DNA of 64,000 nt, from assembly GCF_009914755.1 (NCBI RefSeq), contig NC_060936.1; one strand, 5' to 3'. The notes below the pieces were generated by a model. That model saw only the letters and a list, made by a program, of their open reading frames with translations. It searched no databases and was not told the DNA's origin. The stretch is from the human T2T-CHM13v2.0 reference genome, Homo sapiens. The position numbers and the translations under genes are program-made. This document shows positions 1-15,009 of this stretch, one piece after another (within the stretch, counting starts at the first letter, position 1; each line of letters opens with the position of its first letter).

Positions 1-2291
1 TCTATCAAATGTATAACAAAGCACTGGTATGATTTATACAGAACCTATTCTAAGAAACTGAGGAAAAGGGACTCCTCCATAACTCATTCTATAAAGCCAG
101 CAGCACCCTAATACCTAAACTTTTCAGAGACACAACAAAAAATAGAAAACTTCAGACCAATATCCTTAATAAACACAGATGAAAAAGTACTCAAAAAATA
201 CTAGCAAACTGAATCCAGCAGCACATCAAAAAGCTAATCCACCATAATCAAGTAGGCTTTATCACTAACATACAAGGTTGTTTCAGCATATGCAGATCAA
301 TAAGTGTGCTTCATCACATAAGCAGAACTAATTAACGAAAATCGCATTATCATCTCGATAGATGCAGAAAAGGCTTTCAATAAATTCAACATCTCTTCAT
401 ATTAAAAACTCTCAACAAACTAGGAATTGAAGGTATATACTTCACAATAATAAGCACCACCTATGACAAACAAAGCCACATCATACCGAATGAGCAAAAC
501 TGGAAGTATTCCCCTGGAAGATAGGAACAAGACAAGGATATCTTCCCTCACCACTCTTAATCAATTACTGGAAGTCCTGGCCAAAGCAATCAGGCAACAG
601 AAAGAAATAAAAGTCATCTAAGTAGGAAGAGAAGAAGTCAAACTATCCCTGTTTGCAGACAATGTAATCCTATACCTAGAAATCCCAACAGTATTTGCCC
701 AAAATCTCCTTGATCTTACAAACAAACTCAGCAAATTCTCAGGATACAAAAATCAATGTACAAAAATTAGTAACATTCCTATATATCAACAACATCCAAA
801 CAGAGACAAATAAAGAAAGCAATCCCTTTCACAATAGCAGCAAAGGAATACAACATATAGAGGAATACAGCTGACCAGGGAGGTGAAATATCGCTACAAA
901 GAGTATTACAAAACATTGCTCACAGAAATCAAATATGACACAGACAAGTGGAAAAAGATTCCGAGCTCATGGATAGAAAGAATCAATACTGCTAAAATGC
1001 CCATGCTGCCTAAAGCAATTTACAGATTCAGTGCTATTTCTGACAAACTACCAGTGACATTCTTCACCAAAGTAGAAAAAAACTATTTTAAAGTTCATAT
1101 GGAATAAAAAAAAAAAAAAAAGAAAGAGCCCAAATAGCCATGGCAATCCCAAGGAAAAAGAACAAGCTGGAGGCACATTACCTAACTTTGAACCATACTG
1201 CAAGGCAACAGTAACCAAAGCAGCATGGCAATGGTACAAAAACAGGCACATAGACCAAGGAAATGGAATAGAGAGCCCAGAAATAATGCCACCCACCTAC
1301 AGCCATCTGATCTTCAACAAAGTTAAGAAAAACAAGCAATGGGGACAGACCCCCTATTCAACAAATAATGCTGAGATAACTGGCTAGTCACATGCAGAAG
1401 ATTCAAACTGGATACTTTCCTAATACATATACAAAAATCAAAGCAAGCTGGATTAAATACTAAAATGTAAAACCTAAAACTGTAAAAAGAAAAATAACAC
1501 CTGAAAAATAACCTAGGAAATACCTTTCTGGACATAGGACCTGGCAAAGAGTTCATGACAAAGATGCCAAAAGCAATTGCAACAAAAACAGAAATTGATA
1601 AATGAAACTTAATTAAACTAAAGAGTTTCTGCACAAGAAAAGAAATTATCAACAGAGTAAACAGACAACCTGCAGAATGGGAGAAAATATTTTGCTAACT
1701 ATGCATCTGACAAAGTCCTATTCAGAATCTATAAGGAACTTGATTTTGCGAGCAAAAAACAAACACCTCCATTTAAAAATGAATAAAAGGCATAGACAAT
1801 TTTCAAGTGAAGACACAGCCAACAAGCATATGAAAAAATGCTCAATATGAATGAATCATTAAAGAAATGCAAATCAAAACCACAATGAGATAACCTCTCA
1901 CACCCCTCAGAATGCCTATTACAAAACAAACAAACAAACAAACAAACAAACAAAAACAGACTCTGTCAAGGTTGTGATGAAAGGGAATGCTTTCATACTG
2001 CTGGTGGGAATGTAAAACAGAAACAGCAAAGCAAGTACCACATGTTCTCACTTACAAGTGGGAGCTAAACATTAAATACATATGGACACAAAGAAGGGAG
2101 CTACAGACACCAGGGCCCACTTGAAGACGGAGGGCAGGAGGGGGGTGAGGATCAAAAAGTTACCTATCAGGTACTCTGCTTATCACCCCAGTGATGAAAT
2201 AATCTATACAGCAAGTTCCCATGCCATGCAATTTACTTATATAACAAACCTGCACATATACCTCTGAACCTAAAATAAAATCTAAAAAAAA
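1..2291 (+). mobile_element. LINE-1 3' portion (decayed ORF2 plus 3' UTR and A-tail, old L1PA/L1PB-type), internally deleted near 2015
   Basis: ORF 883-1107 ([31 protein letters not shown]) is typical L1 ORF2; 3' UTR catgttctcacttacaagtgggagctaaac...aacctgcacatatacctctgaacctaaaataaaa followed by an A-run; frameshifts and stops present. Confidence 0.95.
1921..1957 (+). repeat. (AAAC)n microsatellite inside the L1
   Basis: Directly visible run acaaaacaaacaaacaaac... Confidence 0.9.
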
Positions 2292-2344
2292 TTTAAAACT
2301 GCAGAGAGAAGTGAGATTTCTCTTTAAATAAGGCAGGATTGATT

Positions 2345-3150
2345 TAGTGATTTAGTGATATTTGAGGAGTGGTAGTGTTTAGTGTTGATATCTGAGAAAG
2401 AGCATTCCAAGAAGAAAGGACACAAGTATGAAGTCCCTGAGGCAATGCTTGGCATATTCAAGAAGTGACACAAAGGCCAATGTTGCTAGCATGGGATGAG
2501 CCAGGTGTGTTTTAGGACAGACAGGCAGACAAAAACAGATCATTCAAATGATTATAGGACTTCGTAAGGATTTTGGCCTTACTCTGAATGAGTTGAGAAG
2601 CCACTGAAAAATCTGGAGCAGAAGAACAGCATGATCAAATTTGCACTTTTGCAGGCTCTCTCTGGCTGCTACATTGAGAATACATCAGGGGAATGTGCAG
2701 AACTAGAAAAAATTATTAGGAGTTGATAGCAATTATCTTGGCAAGAAATGCAGAAATTTAGATGAGTATGGCAGAAGTGACGACAAGGGATTGGATTCTG
2801 TATGTTTTTGAAGACAGAGTCTATAAAATTTGCTGAGATGAGATGTGAAGGAGAGAAAACGTGGACTCTATGTTTTTTGTCTAAATATCTGAAAGTCTGA
2901 AGTCTTCATTAACAAAAGGAAAGACTGTAGGAGAAACAGATTTGGGGATGGAAGGAAAGATGAGTAATTTGGTTTAGACAACTTAGTTCTAAGTTCTTGT
3001 CAGACATCCAAATGAAGATGTCAAATATGCTATTAGAGAAAGGATTCTGGAGACCAGGGTTGGGTTCTGAGCTGAAGGATTAAATGTTCACATCATCAGC
3101 ACACAGAAAGTAAGGCCATGACCAGATGAACTTACCTAAAAAGTAAGAGC
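2345..3150 (-). mobile_element. L2 LINE remnant (unit A); paralog at ~13350-14190
   Basis: agagcattccaagaag...gtccctgaggc...gattttggccttactctga...gagaagccactg...catgatcaaattt resembles reverse-strand L2; near-identical block repeated at 13350. Confidence 0.7.
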
Positions 3151-4314
3151 CAAAAGAGAAAGAAAAAACATAAATTTAGACCCTTATTTTATACCACACA
3201 CAAAAATTAACTCATAATTCATTGATCATGGAGCAAAAACTTAAGAACTATGATTACTGCGATACTGAGACACTAACTGTACCAAATGCAAGAAATAAAA
3301 AATGGGTTAATCAATCATAATTCTATCTATGTATTTCTTTACTTAGATCATTATGTCCATAATGATTATCCCCTGCCTATCAATCTATCAATATTTACAT
3401 TGCTATTTTAAATAAAACTAAATTAGATACTGAGTCACTATCACTCTGAATAGGCAGAAACTCAAGTGAAAACATTATTGATCCTCCCACATTCTCCCTA
3501 GATTTTTGGTCATGTTACTTTTAAATGTAACTGACATTTGAAGAAAAAAGCTTTATATAATGAGAAATATGTAAATAGATGTACATAAATAAATAATATA
3601 TATAAATACATATGAATAATCAGCCTTATTCCTCTCTATTGAACCATTTGGCTACATTATCAGTAAGGAGACTCCATGAGATCACCAACAAAACAAGCCC
3701 GATTGATTAAAGGTTGAAGAACTGAGACCTTGGGCAGTGTGATATTTTCAATTTAGAGACAAGAGAGAACTAGCAAAGGAGACTGAGAAGTGGTGCCCAG
3801 TAAATAAGGAAAAAATCAGGAGAGGGCAGCATCCTGGAATGCAAATAAACTATATTCAGTACTGCTCACAGAGCATGCAACATGAAGACCGACCACTGGC
3901 AACACAGACTCCCTGGTGATCTTCCAAATGTCAGATTCAATGAAGTGGTGACAACAGCCTTATTGAAATGGGTTGATAGGCCAATAGTTGAAGAGGCTTC
4001 ATACTTTGCTAAATAATTATAAACCAAGAGGGGGAAAGAGTTGAAAAAGCTGATTCCTGAGGTCAGCCTTTAACATTGAAAATGGAAAACCCTCAGCCAG
4101 TTCTCAGGGCTGAGCCAATTCAGAGAAGCAGAATTCAATGATTGAAGGGAATCTTAAGTCCTCTTGATGATGGACATTGAAAATGCACTGCAAGAACACT
4201 CAGGATGTATCATATGTTGCTTTCTCAAAGACCTGTAGCTATTCCCCAGAAAACAGTCCTCAGAGAACAGAACACACGTCCATATTATCTGAGACTTTTA
4301 AGTTTGGAGCCTGA

Positions 4315-4688
<374 letters not shown>

Positions 4689-4699
4689 CTTTTTGGGCT

Positions 4700-5005
4700 T
4701 TTGTTTGTTGTTTTTGTTTGTTTCTTTTTAGAGACAAGATCTTGCTTGATTGCCCAGGCTGGAGTGCAATGACACCATCATAGCTCACTGCAAACTCGAA
4801 TTCCTGGGCTAAAGCAATCCTCCTGCCTGAGTCTTCTGGGTAGCTGTAACTACAGGCACACACTACCACAAACAACTAATTTTTTTTTTTTTTTTTTTTA
4901 CAGATTCTTACTATGTTGCCAAGGCTGATCTGAAACTCTCAGCCTAAAGTGATCCTCCCACTTCGGCCTCCTAAATTATTAGGATTACAGGTATGAGCTG
5001 CCTCA
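4700..5005 (-). mobile_element. AluJ inserted in the ERVL protease region (shared among units)
   Basis: AluJ-type atcatagctcactgca...aagcaatcctcctgcc; same position at 15415 and 38699. Confidence 0.9.
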
Positions 5006-6439
5006 ATAGGACTGGAGTATGAGTTTTTGAAGATCAGATGGTACATAGAGCTTTGGCCCATGTCCAACCCAAAGGGGTTCTAATGAGTTCATCGTAGTTA
5101 CCCCTTCCTGAAAGTGTAAGTGAAGTTGACAGGTTCAACAGCTGTCAGGACTCTTACATTTCTTCCTGACCTGTATACCAAGGGACATTATTGTAAGCAG
5201 GACCAAGGGGAGGCTTCTGAAATTCTACTTTCCTGGCAATAAAATGAATAAAACATAATAACTGCATTCTCCAGGAAACAGAATTGGTCGCTGCCACAAC
5301 AAAAAACTCAAAAGTTCCAGGGGGCGGTCGTCCATTTTATATCTTTATTCAGTTAACCTAACTGGCCTCTGTCAAAACCAGATGGATTATAGGATGAATG
5401 CACATTAGCATAAACTTAAGTCACACTTGCACATTCGCTCTAGGATGTGGTATCTTCACTGAGCAGAATGTGGTTTCCAGCACTTTGTATGCGGCTTTTG
5501 ATTTAGCTAATGCTTTTTAATCTACACACATTGTGGAGGAAAATCAAAACAATTTGCTTTGGTGTGGTAAAAACAAGAACACTGCTTCACTGTTTTCTGT
5601 CAGGGCTGTCACTTCTGCTTTCAGTTTAATTGACATTTTGCAAAACATCATGTTAATTCAATATATTAATAATATTACATAAAGTGGTACCCATAAGCAG
5701 GAAGTGGCAAGTTCCTTAAGTATAGTAAAATATTATAACATTGAACAGAAGTAAAATACTGGAAGAAGAGACATAAACTTCAGCAGATTCAAAGACCTAT
5801 AACATAGATGAAGTTTATAGGGGTCCAATGCTTCTGGTCCTTTTGTCAAAACATCCTTTTTACAGTAAATGGCATGTTGCCCTATATATATATATTTCCT
5901 ATCACTAAAAGGGAAATACAGTTTTATGGGGGCTTATTGGGGTTTTGAATTCAACATATACCACATTTAAGGATATTTCTCTGACTCACTAAAGGAGTTT
6001 GCAAGGGCTGCTTGTCTCAAGTCAAACCCGAAACAAAAACGGGCTCTATAGCAGATATAGAGTCTGGCCCAAGTTGCTTGGCCATTGTGCCAGATGATGT
6101 AACAGAATTCAAAGTTGCTACAGGCATGCATAGTGGGCATTATAGGACTCTGTGCATGCCTCTCACAAGCCCATAGGAGTGGGGAGAGCAAACTCCTAGC
6201 GAATTAGTGGAAGACTATTCCTTCTCCAGCAGAGGACTACCTTCTGTCTGAAAAACAAAACAGCAAGTGCAGAAGATTAATCCAAGCATAAAGCCCCTCT
6301 AAGCATAAGCACTTCTAAGCACAAGACCCTGTGCAACTGTGAAGTCATATGCCTATAAAGCCAGCCATGATTGGAGGGCATGAGCCAATCTGAGTTGCAC
6401 AAGGAGTGGACAGTATTGCCCACAAACATATCCTTCCTC

Positions 6440-6969
6440 AGATTATCTTGACTGTCTTCTCTTTTCTTGGTCAGCACCTTGCTTGATCCAGATCATCCTT
6501 CCATTTGGGACTTCAATGGAACACCACACTGGGGGCATGAGGTTTGGCTTTCATAACTACCACCAAGGGACTGGATGATGGAACGCAGAACAGCAGAGAT
6601 GGTAGTTCTGCCTCAGGGAAACCCTGGCCAATGGGAAATAGAAGACAGAAGACAGCTGAGCAGATACATTTTCTCTTCTCTTTCTCTTCCGTGGACTAAT
6701 GCCGGCTGTGGTTTCCCCTTGCAGCCCTTCTGGAAAAGTACTGGGAGTCAAGTCCACGCATCTGATGACCACCATGCTGTCTCTCTCATCTCATTGTGAA
6801 GTGGTCATCAGCAGAGTCATATCATACATCACAAGACATGGTTTCACATTTGCTTTGCCTCAATTTCCACATGTCCTGGCCATTGCTGCCCTGGACTTAT
6901 CTTCCAAATAAATGTTATCACTTTAACATCAGACATTGGCTCTAGTTCTAGACACCCAAGGCTAAGATA
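6440..6969 (+). mobile_element. ERVL-class LTR (LTR16/LTR33-like), copy 1; paralogs at ~17160-17686, ~41450-42497, ~51380-51870
   Basis: Ends ccaaataaa...ggctctagttctagacacccaaggctaagata, like LTR16-family 3' ends; follows the ERVL pol remnant. Confidence 0.6.
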
Positions 6970-7499
6970 CTCGTTTAGTGTTATAATTGTTATTTATGCA
7001 TTTTTCTGTGGGTTTTTAATATGGCAATTTAAATGTTCATTTAGAAAGGGTTTTAAAATATTCTATAAAAGTCACGTTTTAGTAAGGTAGTTGGTAACTA
7101 ACTCAGTTTTTTTTTAATGAAATGCCATTTTTGTTTATACACTAACCAGCTGGAAATATCACAATACAAATATATCATTCACAACTGAAAAATTGTATGC
7201 AAAGATACCAAAATCTTTTATATTGATGTGCTTTTTAAAATGTATCACAATAGGTACAAGCTGATTTTGATGTTCCACATTATCTTCCCATCACACATCG
7301 AATATGGCTTCATCAGGGCTATCTTAGAGTGGTATTTCCCCTACAATTGTATAATGGCCATACTTCTGCTCTGAGAAATACTTCTTCTTAGATAATTCTG
7401 TAACCTCAAGTTGAAACCAGAAAATAAAAATTTATGCAACTTTGGATTTTGTGATGAAGTTTCATTTTCATTGGTTTGCCACTCCCATATAGTTAGTTT

Positions 7500-7670
7500 A
7501 CTGCTTTATTCACCAATTTACTTGTTCATCAAAATATTCTTAAATACCTATTCTATGTGTTGTCTTTTAGGCCCTGGGAGTCAACAGTAAGCAAGATCTA
7601 TATGATCTCTGCTTTTATGGTGCTTACATTGTACCAGGAAAGATATATGATAAACAAACAAATAACTAAA
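7500..7670 (-). mobile_element. L2 3' end fragment (paralogs ~18200, ~43230, ~52300)
   Basis: ttcatcaaaatattcttaaatacctattctatgtg...ctgggagtcaacagtaagcaaga...ttttatggtgcttacatt pattern. Confidence 0.65.
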
Positions 7671-8979
7671 TCAGATGTAGAGATGATTTGTCCCAAGGTT
7701 TAGATAATATTGTTAAAATTTCATAACTCCAAGAATTAATACAGCTTATAGAATTTAATTGTTTAATGATGTTATACATTTTCTTCCTATAATAGAACTT
7801 GCTATTACTGAATATATCAACACACTGTCTCATTGTATTATTTGCAACTAGATTATAATACAACATATATTTTAGATGTTTTCTATCATTAATACATAGA
7901 TTTCATAGATGCCATTTTAACATTTGCAAAAAGTTTAATTCAAATGATTTTTATAATTTCTATAGTATTTTTACATAGAGTATTTTTCTAAGGTAGGGAA
8001 GACTCAAGTTCTTTTATGTGAAGTTTAAAAAGAATTTCAAGTATGGAAGATAGAGGAGATCATTGGCAATTCAGGGACTCTGAGGTGGTTTAGAAAAAAA
8101 AACCTGAAATACTTGACATCAGATCTCAACTTCAAAAAAGGTTTTCTTTAACTCAAAAACTGGAAGAAATGACTTTTCTAACTGCATGTTGAGACTTATG
8201 ACAACATAAGTCATCACGGTGTTTCTTTCTTCATCCTTATTATAGAAATGACTTTTTTCTCAAATGTTCACATATTTGTATTAAGTCTATTATTCCTCAG
8301 TACTGTTTATGGTAGACATATACAAAATGTGTTCTAAATATATTTGTCATCCTTGAATATTATTCTGTGCATCTTTTTCTGAAAATAATTATGCTGGCTA
8401 TAAACTAAACATAAAATTAGAATTCATGATGAAATAAAAACTACCCCAAAGATGAAACCTCATTATTGATTTAGAATTGAGTGTGCTTACTATCAAAAAA
8501 TTTAGATGTTTAAGCACACTGTGGTACATATGTGTGGTAAAAATCAGTGGAAAAGAGCAAAGATTTTGAGATAATGTGTCACTTCTTAACAATTATAAGT
8601 AAAGATCACACAGTTTTCAAGTGAAACATGATAATATGAAATGTATATGTGAAATATACATGGGTTCATGATTCTGAAAAACTTCTTACCATATTTTCTA
8701 TAATTTGGCATCTTGTGAAAATATGATTAACATTATGTTATTGTCAATGTCTTTTAAGTCTTTCATATACAGATGCACACACATAGATACACTTTTAGAC
8801 TAACTTTAGGTAAAAGACTTTTCTAGGTATGCTTTCAGAAAATACTCAAAAACATACACTACAGAAAAAACAGTAAAAAGTATAAAATGTTCCAGACACT
8901 ATCAGTTTGTTTTCTCCTAGAATACACACACAATGTCCCACTTGTGAATCTAGAGAGTTGAGAGTTTCAGGTCTTTTAC

Positions 8980-9879
8980 TCAGCACCTAATCTGACACAA
9001 AATCAAAAGAAAGGTGTGTTTTAGCTTCTTGGTTCTCCAAATTAGGATGAATGAGTCGAATGCAAGATATATGTTTCCAACAGCCTTGCTAACCATGACA
9101 ACCGGGTCATTCCGCAGCCTCCTAGGACTCCAAACCGAAACGATTAGGAATAGAAAGAAAATGGCACATAACAAGAGGAAGGAGATCAGAGTTTGCAAAG
9201 CTTTTATGTGGACCTTGGTGCTGAGATCTTGCGATCCTTCTCCATGGAGCTGCATCTTCTTGAGATGTTTACACAGAGAACAGATTAGCATCAGAAAAGA
9301 TATCAGGGACAGAGTAAAGGGTATGAAGCTCCATAGGGTAGTTACAGTCAAATATGAAAGATGTACTGTATTCCTCAATTTCATCTTCCCAGTCATGTTT
9401 CCTTCATATTCTTCTGCCCACATACTCTCATCCATGTTTGCCACAAGAAGATGACAAACCAAAAATATCAAAGTCCCCAACAGTATCACCAGAATGACAC
9501 TCCTAACTCTCCTCTTTAAATGAAGAAAAAGAAGGTTGGAGAAATTGGCAATCTTGAGCAAATAAAATATGCTGAGGTTAGCAGCAAGCCACATGCTGAA
9601 ATGGTTGGTTACAACCCAGGCATTATAAGAAGTAATTCTTAATTCTACACTATAAAAAGCTGGATTCAACACAGTTAAATACCAATTTAATAATAATGCC
9701 CAGAGCAAACCAATTCTGGAGACCGCCAGAGCAGTGAGAATTTGGTCAGCTGAGGAGATCTTTTTTCTCTTCACCCAGTCAATGAAATTTACCAGTGCTA
9801 TGAAGCCATTGGCAAAGTTTCCGAGAACAAATAAAACCATTATTAGAATTGAAAAAAAAATGTATAGAAAAGTTATCAT
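8980..9879 (-). CDS. TAS2R50: Taste receptor type 2 member 50 (bitter GPCR, 299 aa, Cys203)
   Basis: Intronless 7TM ORF with TAS2R motifs [42 protein letters not shown]161 sequon (EGNMT) and [11 protein letters not shown]; recognised from [10 protein letters not shown]...LCQIRC. Confidence 0.98.
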   Translation of the reverse strand: MITFLYIFFSILIMVLFVLGNFANGFIALVNFIDWVKRKKISSADQILTALAVSRIGLLWALLLNWYLTVLNPAFYSVELRITSYNAWVVTNHFSMWLAANLSIFYLLKIANFSNLLFLHLKRRVRSVILVILLGTLIFLVCHLLVANMDESMWAEEYEGNMTGKMKLRNTVHLSYLTVTTLWSFIPFTLSLISFLMLICSLCKHLKKMQLHGEGSQDLSTKVHIKALQTLISFLLLCAIFFLFLIVSVWSPRRLRNDPVVMVSKAVGNIYLAFDSFILIWRTKKLKHTFLLILCQIRC

Positions 9880-10197
9880 ATCTGAGCAGAAAAAAAGAAA
9901 GAAAATGCAAGCCTAATATCACTGGTTGTGATTTCTTTAATACTCTGACCTTAAATTTTATGTGCATCTGATTTCTGAATGTGCAGTAACATTCTTTTTA
10001 CTTTTAAATACTGTGACCAGTGTCAAACAAGAAAGTACCAGCTTATGCTAATGGATGAGTTTGATGTCATCTTTATGGAAAACATTCTTATTTTCAAAAC
10101 AGCTCAAATTAACTCATTCATTCAATGTCCGTTCTTGTGATGGGCTTGAATTATTCATAATGAAGTTGAAGTGAAACCTAAATTTTCATTTACCAGC

Positions 10198-10205
10198 ATG
10201 CAAAT
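10198..10205 (+). promoter_or_regulatory. Perfect POU octamer ATGCAAAT ~320 bp upstream of the TAS2R50 ATG
   Basis: Motif seen directly, and at the homologous position in other copies (28305, 34505, 55485); function is inferred. Confidence 0.45.
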
Positions 10206-10561
10206 AAAGACATATTCTCTTTCAATATTTTGCAATGTTTTCCTTGTTTAACCGATACGTAATTTGTGTTCAGCAACTTCAGCTGTTAGATAGGGAAATT
10301 TTACCCCCGAGTCCATCGTTCATACAGTAAATGTCTAAGTTCTTTAAAAGACCTTAGTCATAACTAGGATCACCACCATAACGGATTTACTATTTATGCT
10401 ACATTTAAACAGACAGAATCCAAACTTTTAAATCAAAATCATCCAAGGTTTTCTTGGGAACCATAAGAAGACCAAAACACCTTAAAATCTGGTTGCTGCT
10501 AACCCAATACTTTTGTGTGAATTTATTGTTACCATGTTCATAAATAGATACAAACACAGAA

Positions 10562-10587
10562 AGAGAGAGAGAGAGAGAGAGAGAGAC
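10562..10587 (+). repeat. (AG)n microsatellite in the TAS2R50 5' flank
   Basis: Direct; paralogous positions carry (AC)n runs (e.g. 21550-21574). Confidence 0.9.
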
Positions 10588-10859
10588 TGTGACACCCCTA
10601 AGAGATGGAAGGAATTATTTTCTTATACTTTCCAAAATGGGAAGTAAGTCTCCTGGAGGCCATCCACGTGAAATTAGTCCTATTTTCCCAGTGAAAACTG
10701 AGGGTTTTCAGACCCCCCCCAAAAAAATGTATCAAACATCAAACATATCTTTCATGCTTAAGCATTTGGTAAACTTACTCTCAAGTCTATTTAATGTTTA
10801 AGTATTTATTATTTAATTAAAATGTTCAACAATTTTGTAAATATTCCTGAGTACCACAC

Positions 10860-11285
10860 CCTATGACACATAATTTTGCAGTATCCTCCCACCATAAGCA
10901 GGTTGATTATCTGTCCCCTGGACTCGGAGCTCACTCACACAACTTTCTTTGATGAACAGAAAATTGGTAGATTTCACACCGAGGTTTGAGATGGCTTCCA
11001 TATTGGGGTTTCTTGCTCTTTTCCATTGATCATGAGATTATCACCTGGCTAGTACACTGTTTTCAGAATGAGAATGAAAACTAATGGAGTCAGTTTGCCT
11101 GCACTTGATCCATCCTAAATTGGCCAAAGTCTAACTAGCTCCAAGATGCAGAACTTGGCCCATCTCAAGTCACCAGAGCTATCCACCAAACCCAGCTTAG
11201 AAAACCTGAATCCAAAGATATATGAGATAAAAATATCTAACGTAGTTTTGGAGGGTTTCTCTAGTAGAAAAACCTAACTGGTACA
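10860..11285 (+). mobile_element. MLT1-type (ERVL-MaLR) LTR ~1 kb upstream of TAS2R50; paralogs ~21790-22210, ~30600-31000, ~46530-46930, ~56100-56810
   Basis: ggactcggagctcactcacacaactttctttgatgaacagaaaatt...gttttggagggttt...taactggtaca resembles MLT1 LTR architecture. Confidence 0.6.
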
Positions 11286-11599
11286 GCTACTATGCTACAC
11301 CAAGAGTGTGGGGAAATATATTTGCCCCTGTTTTGTCAGGAATTCAGGAGCCAAAAGAAAAATAGATGGGGAGTGGCAAAGTTTTGTCACGTGAGGTAGA
11401 TAATTAAAGGTAATAAAAAAATGTTTGAAAGGATTTGTGTGCTGCAGGTAGCATCATCTGAAATTTCCATATGTTGCAGCTAAAATAAAGTTCCTACTTC
11501 AACTCTCTAAGAGTTGTATAAAAATGTGTATAAATGGTGAATTTTTTGCAAGGTATACAATGAGCAGAATAATTAATATTCTTTATGGAGCATTTTTCC

Positions 11600-13010
<1,411 letters not shown>

Positions 13011-13019
13011 ATACGGATG

Positions 13020-13340
13020 TCTCAGAATAGCCAAAGTTATCCTGAGCAAAAAGAACAAAACTGGAGGAATCACATCACCTGACTTCAAAGTATATTACAG
13101 AGCTATAGTAACCAAAACAGCATGGTACTGGCATAAAAACAGACACATAGAGCAGCGAAATAGAATAGAGAATGTGGAAACAAATCCACACCTATAGAGA
13201 ACTCATGACAAAGGTGCCAAGAACATACTCTGGGGAAAGGACAGTCTCTTCACTAAATGGTGCTGGGAAAATTGGATATCCATTTGCAGAAAAATGAAAC
13301 TAGATGCCTATTTATCACCATATACAAAGATCAAATCAAG
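13020..13340 (+). mobile_element. L1 ORF2 fragment at the junction of units A and B
   Basis: gaatagccaaag...aagaacaaaactggaggaatcaca...aaaacagcatggtactggcataaaaacagacac typical of L1 ORF2. Confidence 0.9.
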
Positions 13341-15009
13341 GAGGCCTCAATGATTCAGTGATGTTTGATGAGTGATAGTGTTTAGTGTTGATTTCTGAGA
13401 AAGAGCATTCCGAGAAGAAGGGACACAAGTACGAAGTCCCTGAGGCAATTCTTGGTACATTCAAGAAATTACACAAAGTCCAGTGTTGCTAGCATGGGAT
13501 AGCCAGGCATTTTAGGACAGACAGGCAGACAAAATCCGATCATTCAAATGATTATAGGACTTTGTAAGGATTTTGGCCTTACTCTAATGAGATGAGAAGC
13601 CACTGAAAAATCTAAAGCTGAAGAATGGCATGATCAAATTTGCATCTTCATAGGCTCTCTTTGGCTGCTATCTTGAGAGTACATCAGGAGAAAATGATGT
13701 GCAGAACTAGAAAGAATAATTAGGAGTTGATGGCAATTATCTTGGCTAGGTATGGCAGCAGTTTAGATGAGTATGGCAAAAGTGATGACAAGGGATTGGA
13801 TTCTGTATGTTTTTGAGGGTAGAACCAACAAGAGGGTAGAACCAACAAAATTTGCTGATGCCTTAGAGATGAGTTCTGAAAGAGAGAAAATGTTAACTCC
13901 GTGTTTTTGGTCTAAGCATCTGAAAGACTGAAGTGGTCATTAACAGAAGAGGGAAAGGCTATAGAAGAAACAACGCTGGAGACTAGAGGGAAGATCACTA
14001 TTTTGATTTGGACATGTTAGTTCAAGTTCTTGTTACGACATCCAAATGAAGATGTCAAATGACTTCTTAGAGAAAGGATTCTAGAGACCAGGATTGACTT
14101 CTGAGCTGAAGAATTAAATATTGGCATCAACAGCACACAGAAAGTAACTAAGGTTATGACTAGATGAACTTACCTAAGAAGTGGGAGTAAAAACAGAATG
14201 ATAAAAACATGAGTGTAGACCATTATTTCATACCATATATAAAAATTAACTCATAATTAATTGATCATAGAGAAAAATATAAAAACAGATTACTGAGATA
14301 CTAAGACATTAACTGTACCAAGTACAATAAGTCAAAATGGGTTAATCAATCATTATTCTATCTGTATATTTCCTTACTTATATCATTTTTTTCTATAATG
14401 ATAATCCCCTGCCTATCAATCTACATGGCTATTTTAAATAAAACTTAATTAGCTATCTGGTCACCATCACTCTGATTTAGCAGAAATTCAAGTAAAAACA
14501 TTATTGATGCTCCGACCTTCTCCATAGATTTTTAGTATTGTGACTTTTAAATGTAACTTTGACATTTGAAAAAAAGGGTTACATAATTTGATATATGTAA
14601 CTATATGTATATAAATAAATAACATATATGAATAATCAGCCTTATTCCTCTCTATTGAACCATGTGGCTACATTATCTGTAAGGAGACTGCATGAGATCA
14701 CCAAAAAAACCAGACATAATTGATTAGAGATTGAAGAATTTAGACCTTGGGCAATCTGATATTTTCAGTTTACAGACAAGAGGAAGAACTAGCAAAGGAG
14801 ACTAAGAAATTGTGCCAGTGAACAAGGATAAAATCAGGAGAGGGCAGCATCCTGAAATGCAAATAAACCAGGTTCAGTGCTGCTCATAGAGCATGCAACA
14901 TGAAAACTAACCATTGGCAACACAGACTTATCGGTGATCTTGCAAATGTCAGATTTAATGGAGTGGTGACAGTAACAGCCTCATTTAAATGGGTTGATGG
15001 ACCGATAGT

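Noticed and set aside
1-2291. Potentially active L1
   Set aside because: Multiple frameshifts, an internal deletion and an old-subfamily 3' UTR
6557-6911. Similar ~70-aa ORFs recurring at 17279, 42042 and 51493 (MVVIRC...RQNYHLCC), resembling a small gene family
   Set aside because: They lie in the duplicated ERVL LTR; ends and frames differ among copies, so similarity reflects DNA duplication
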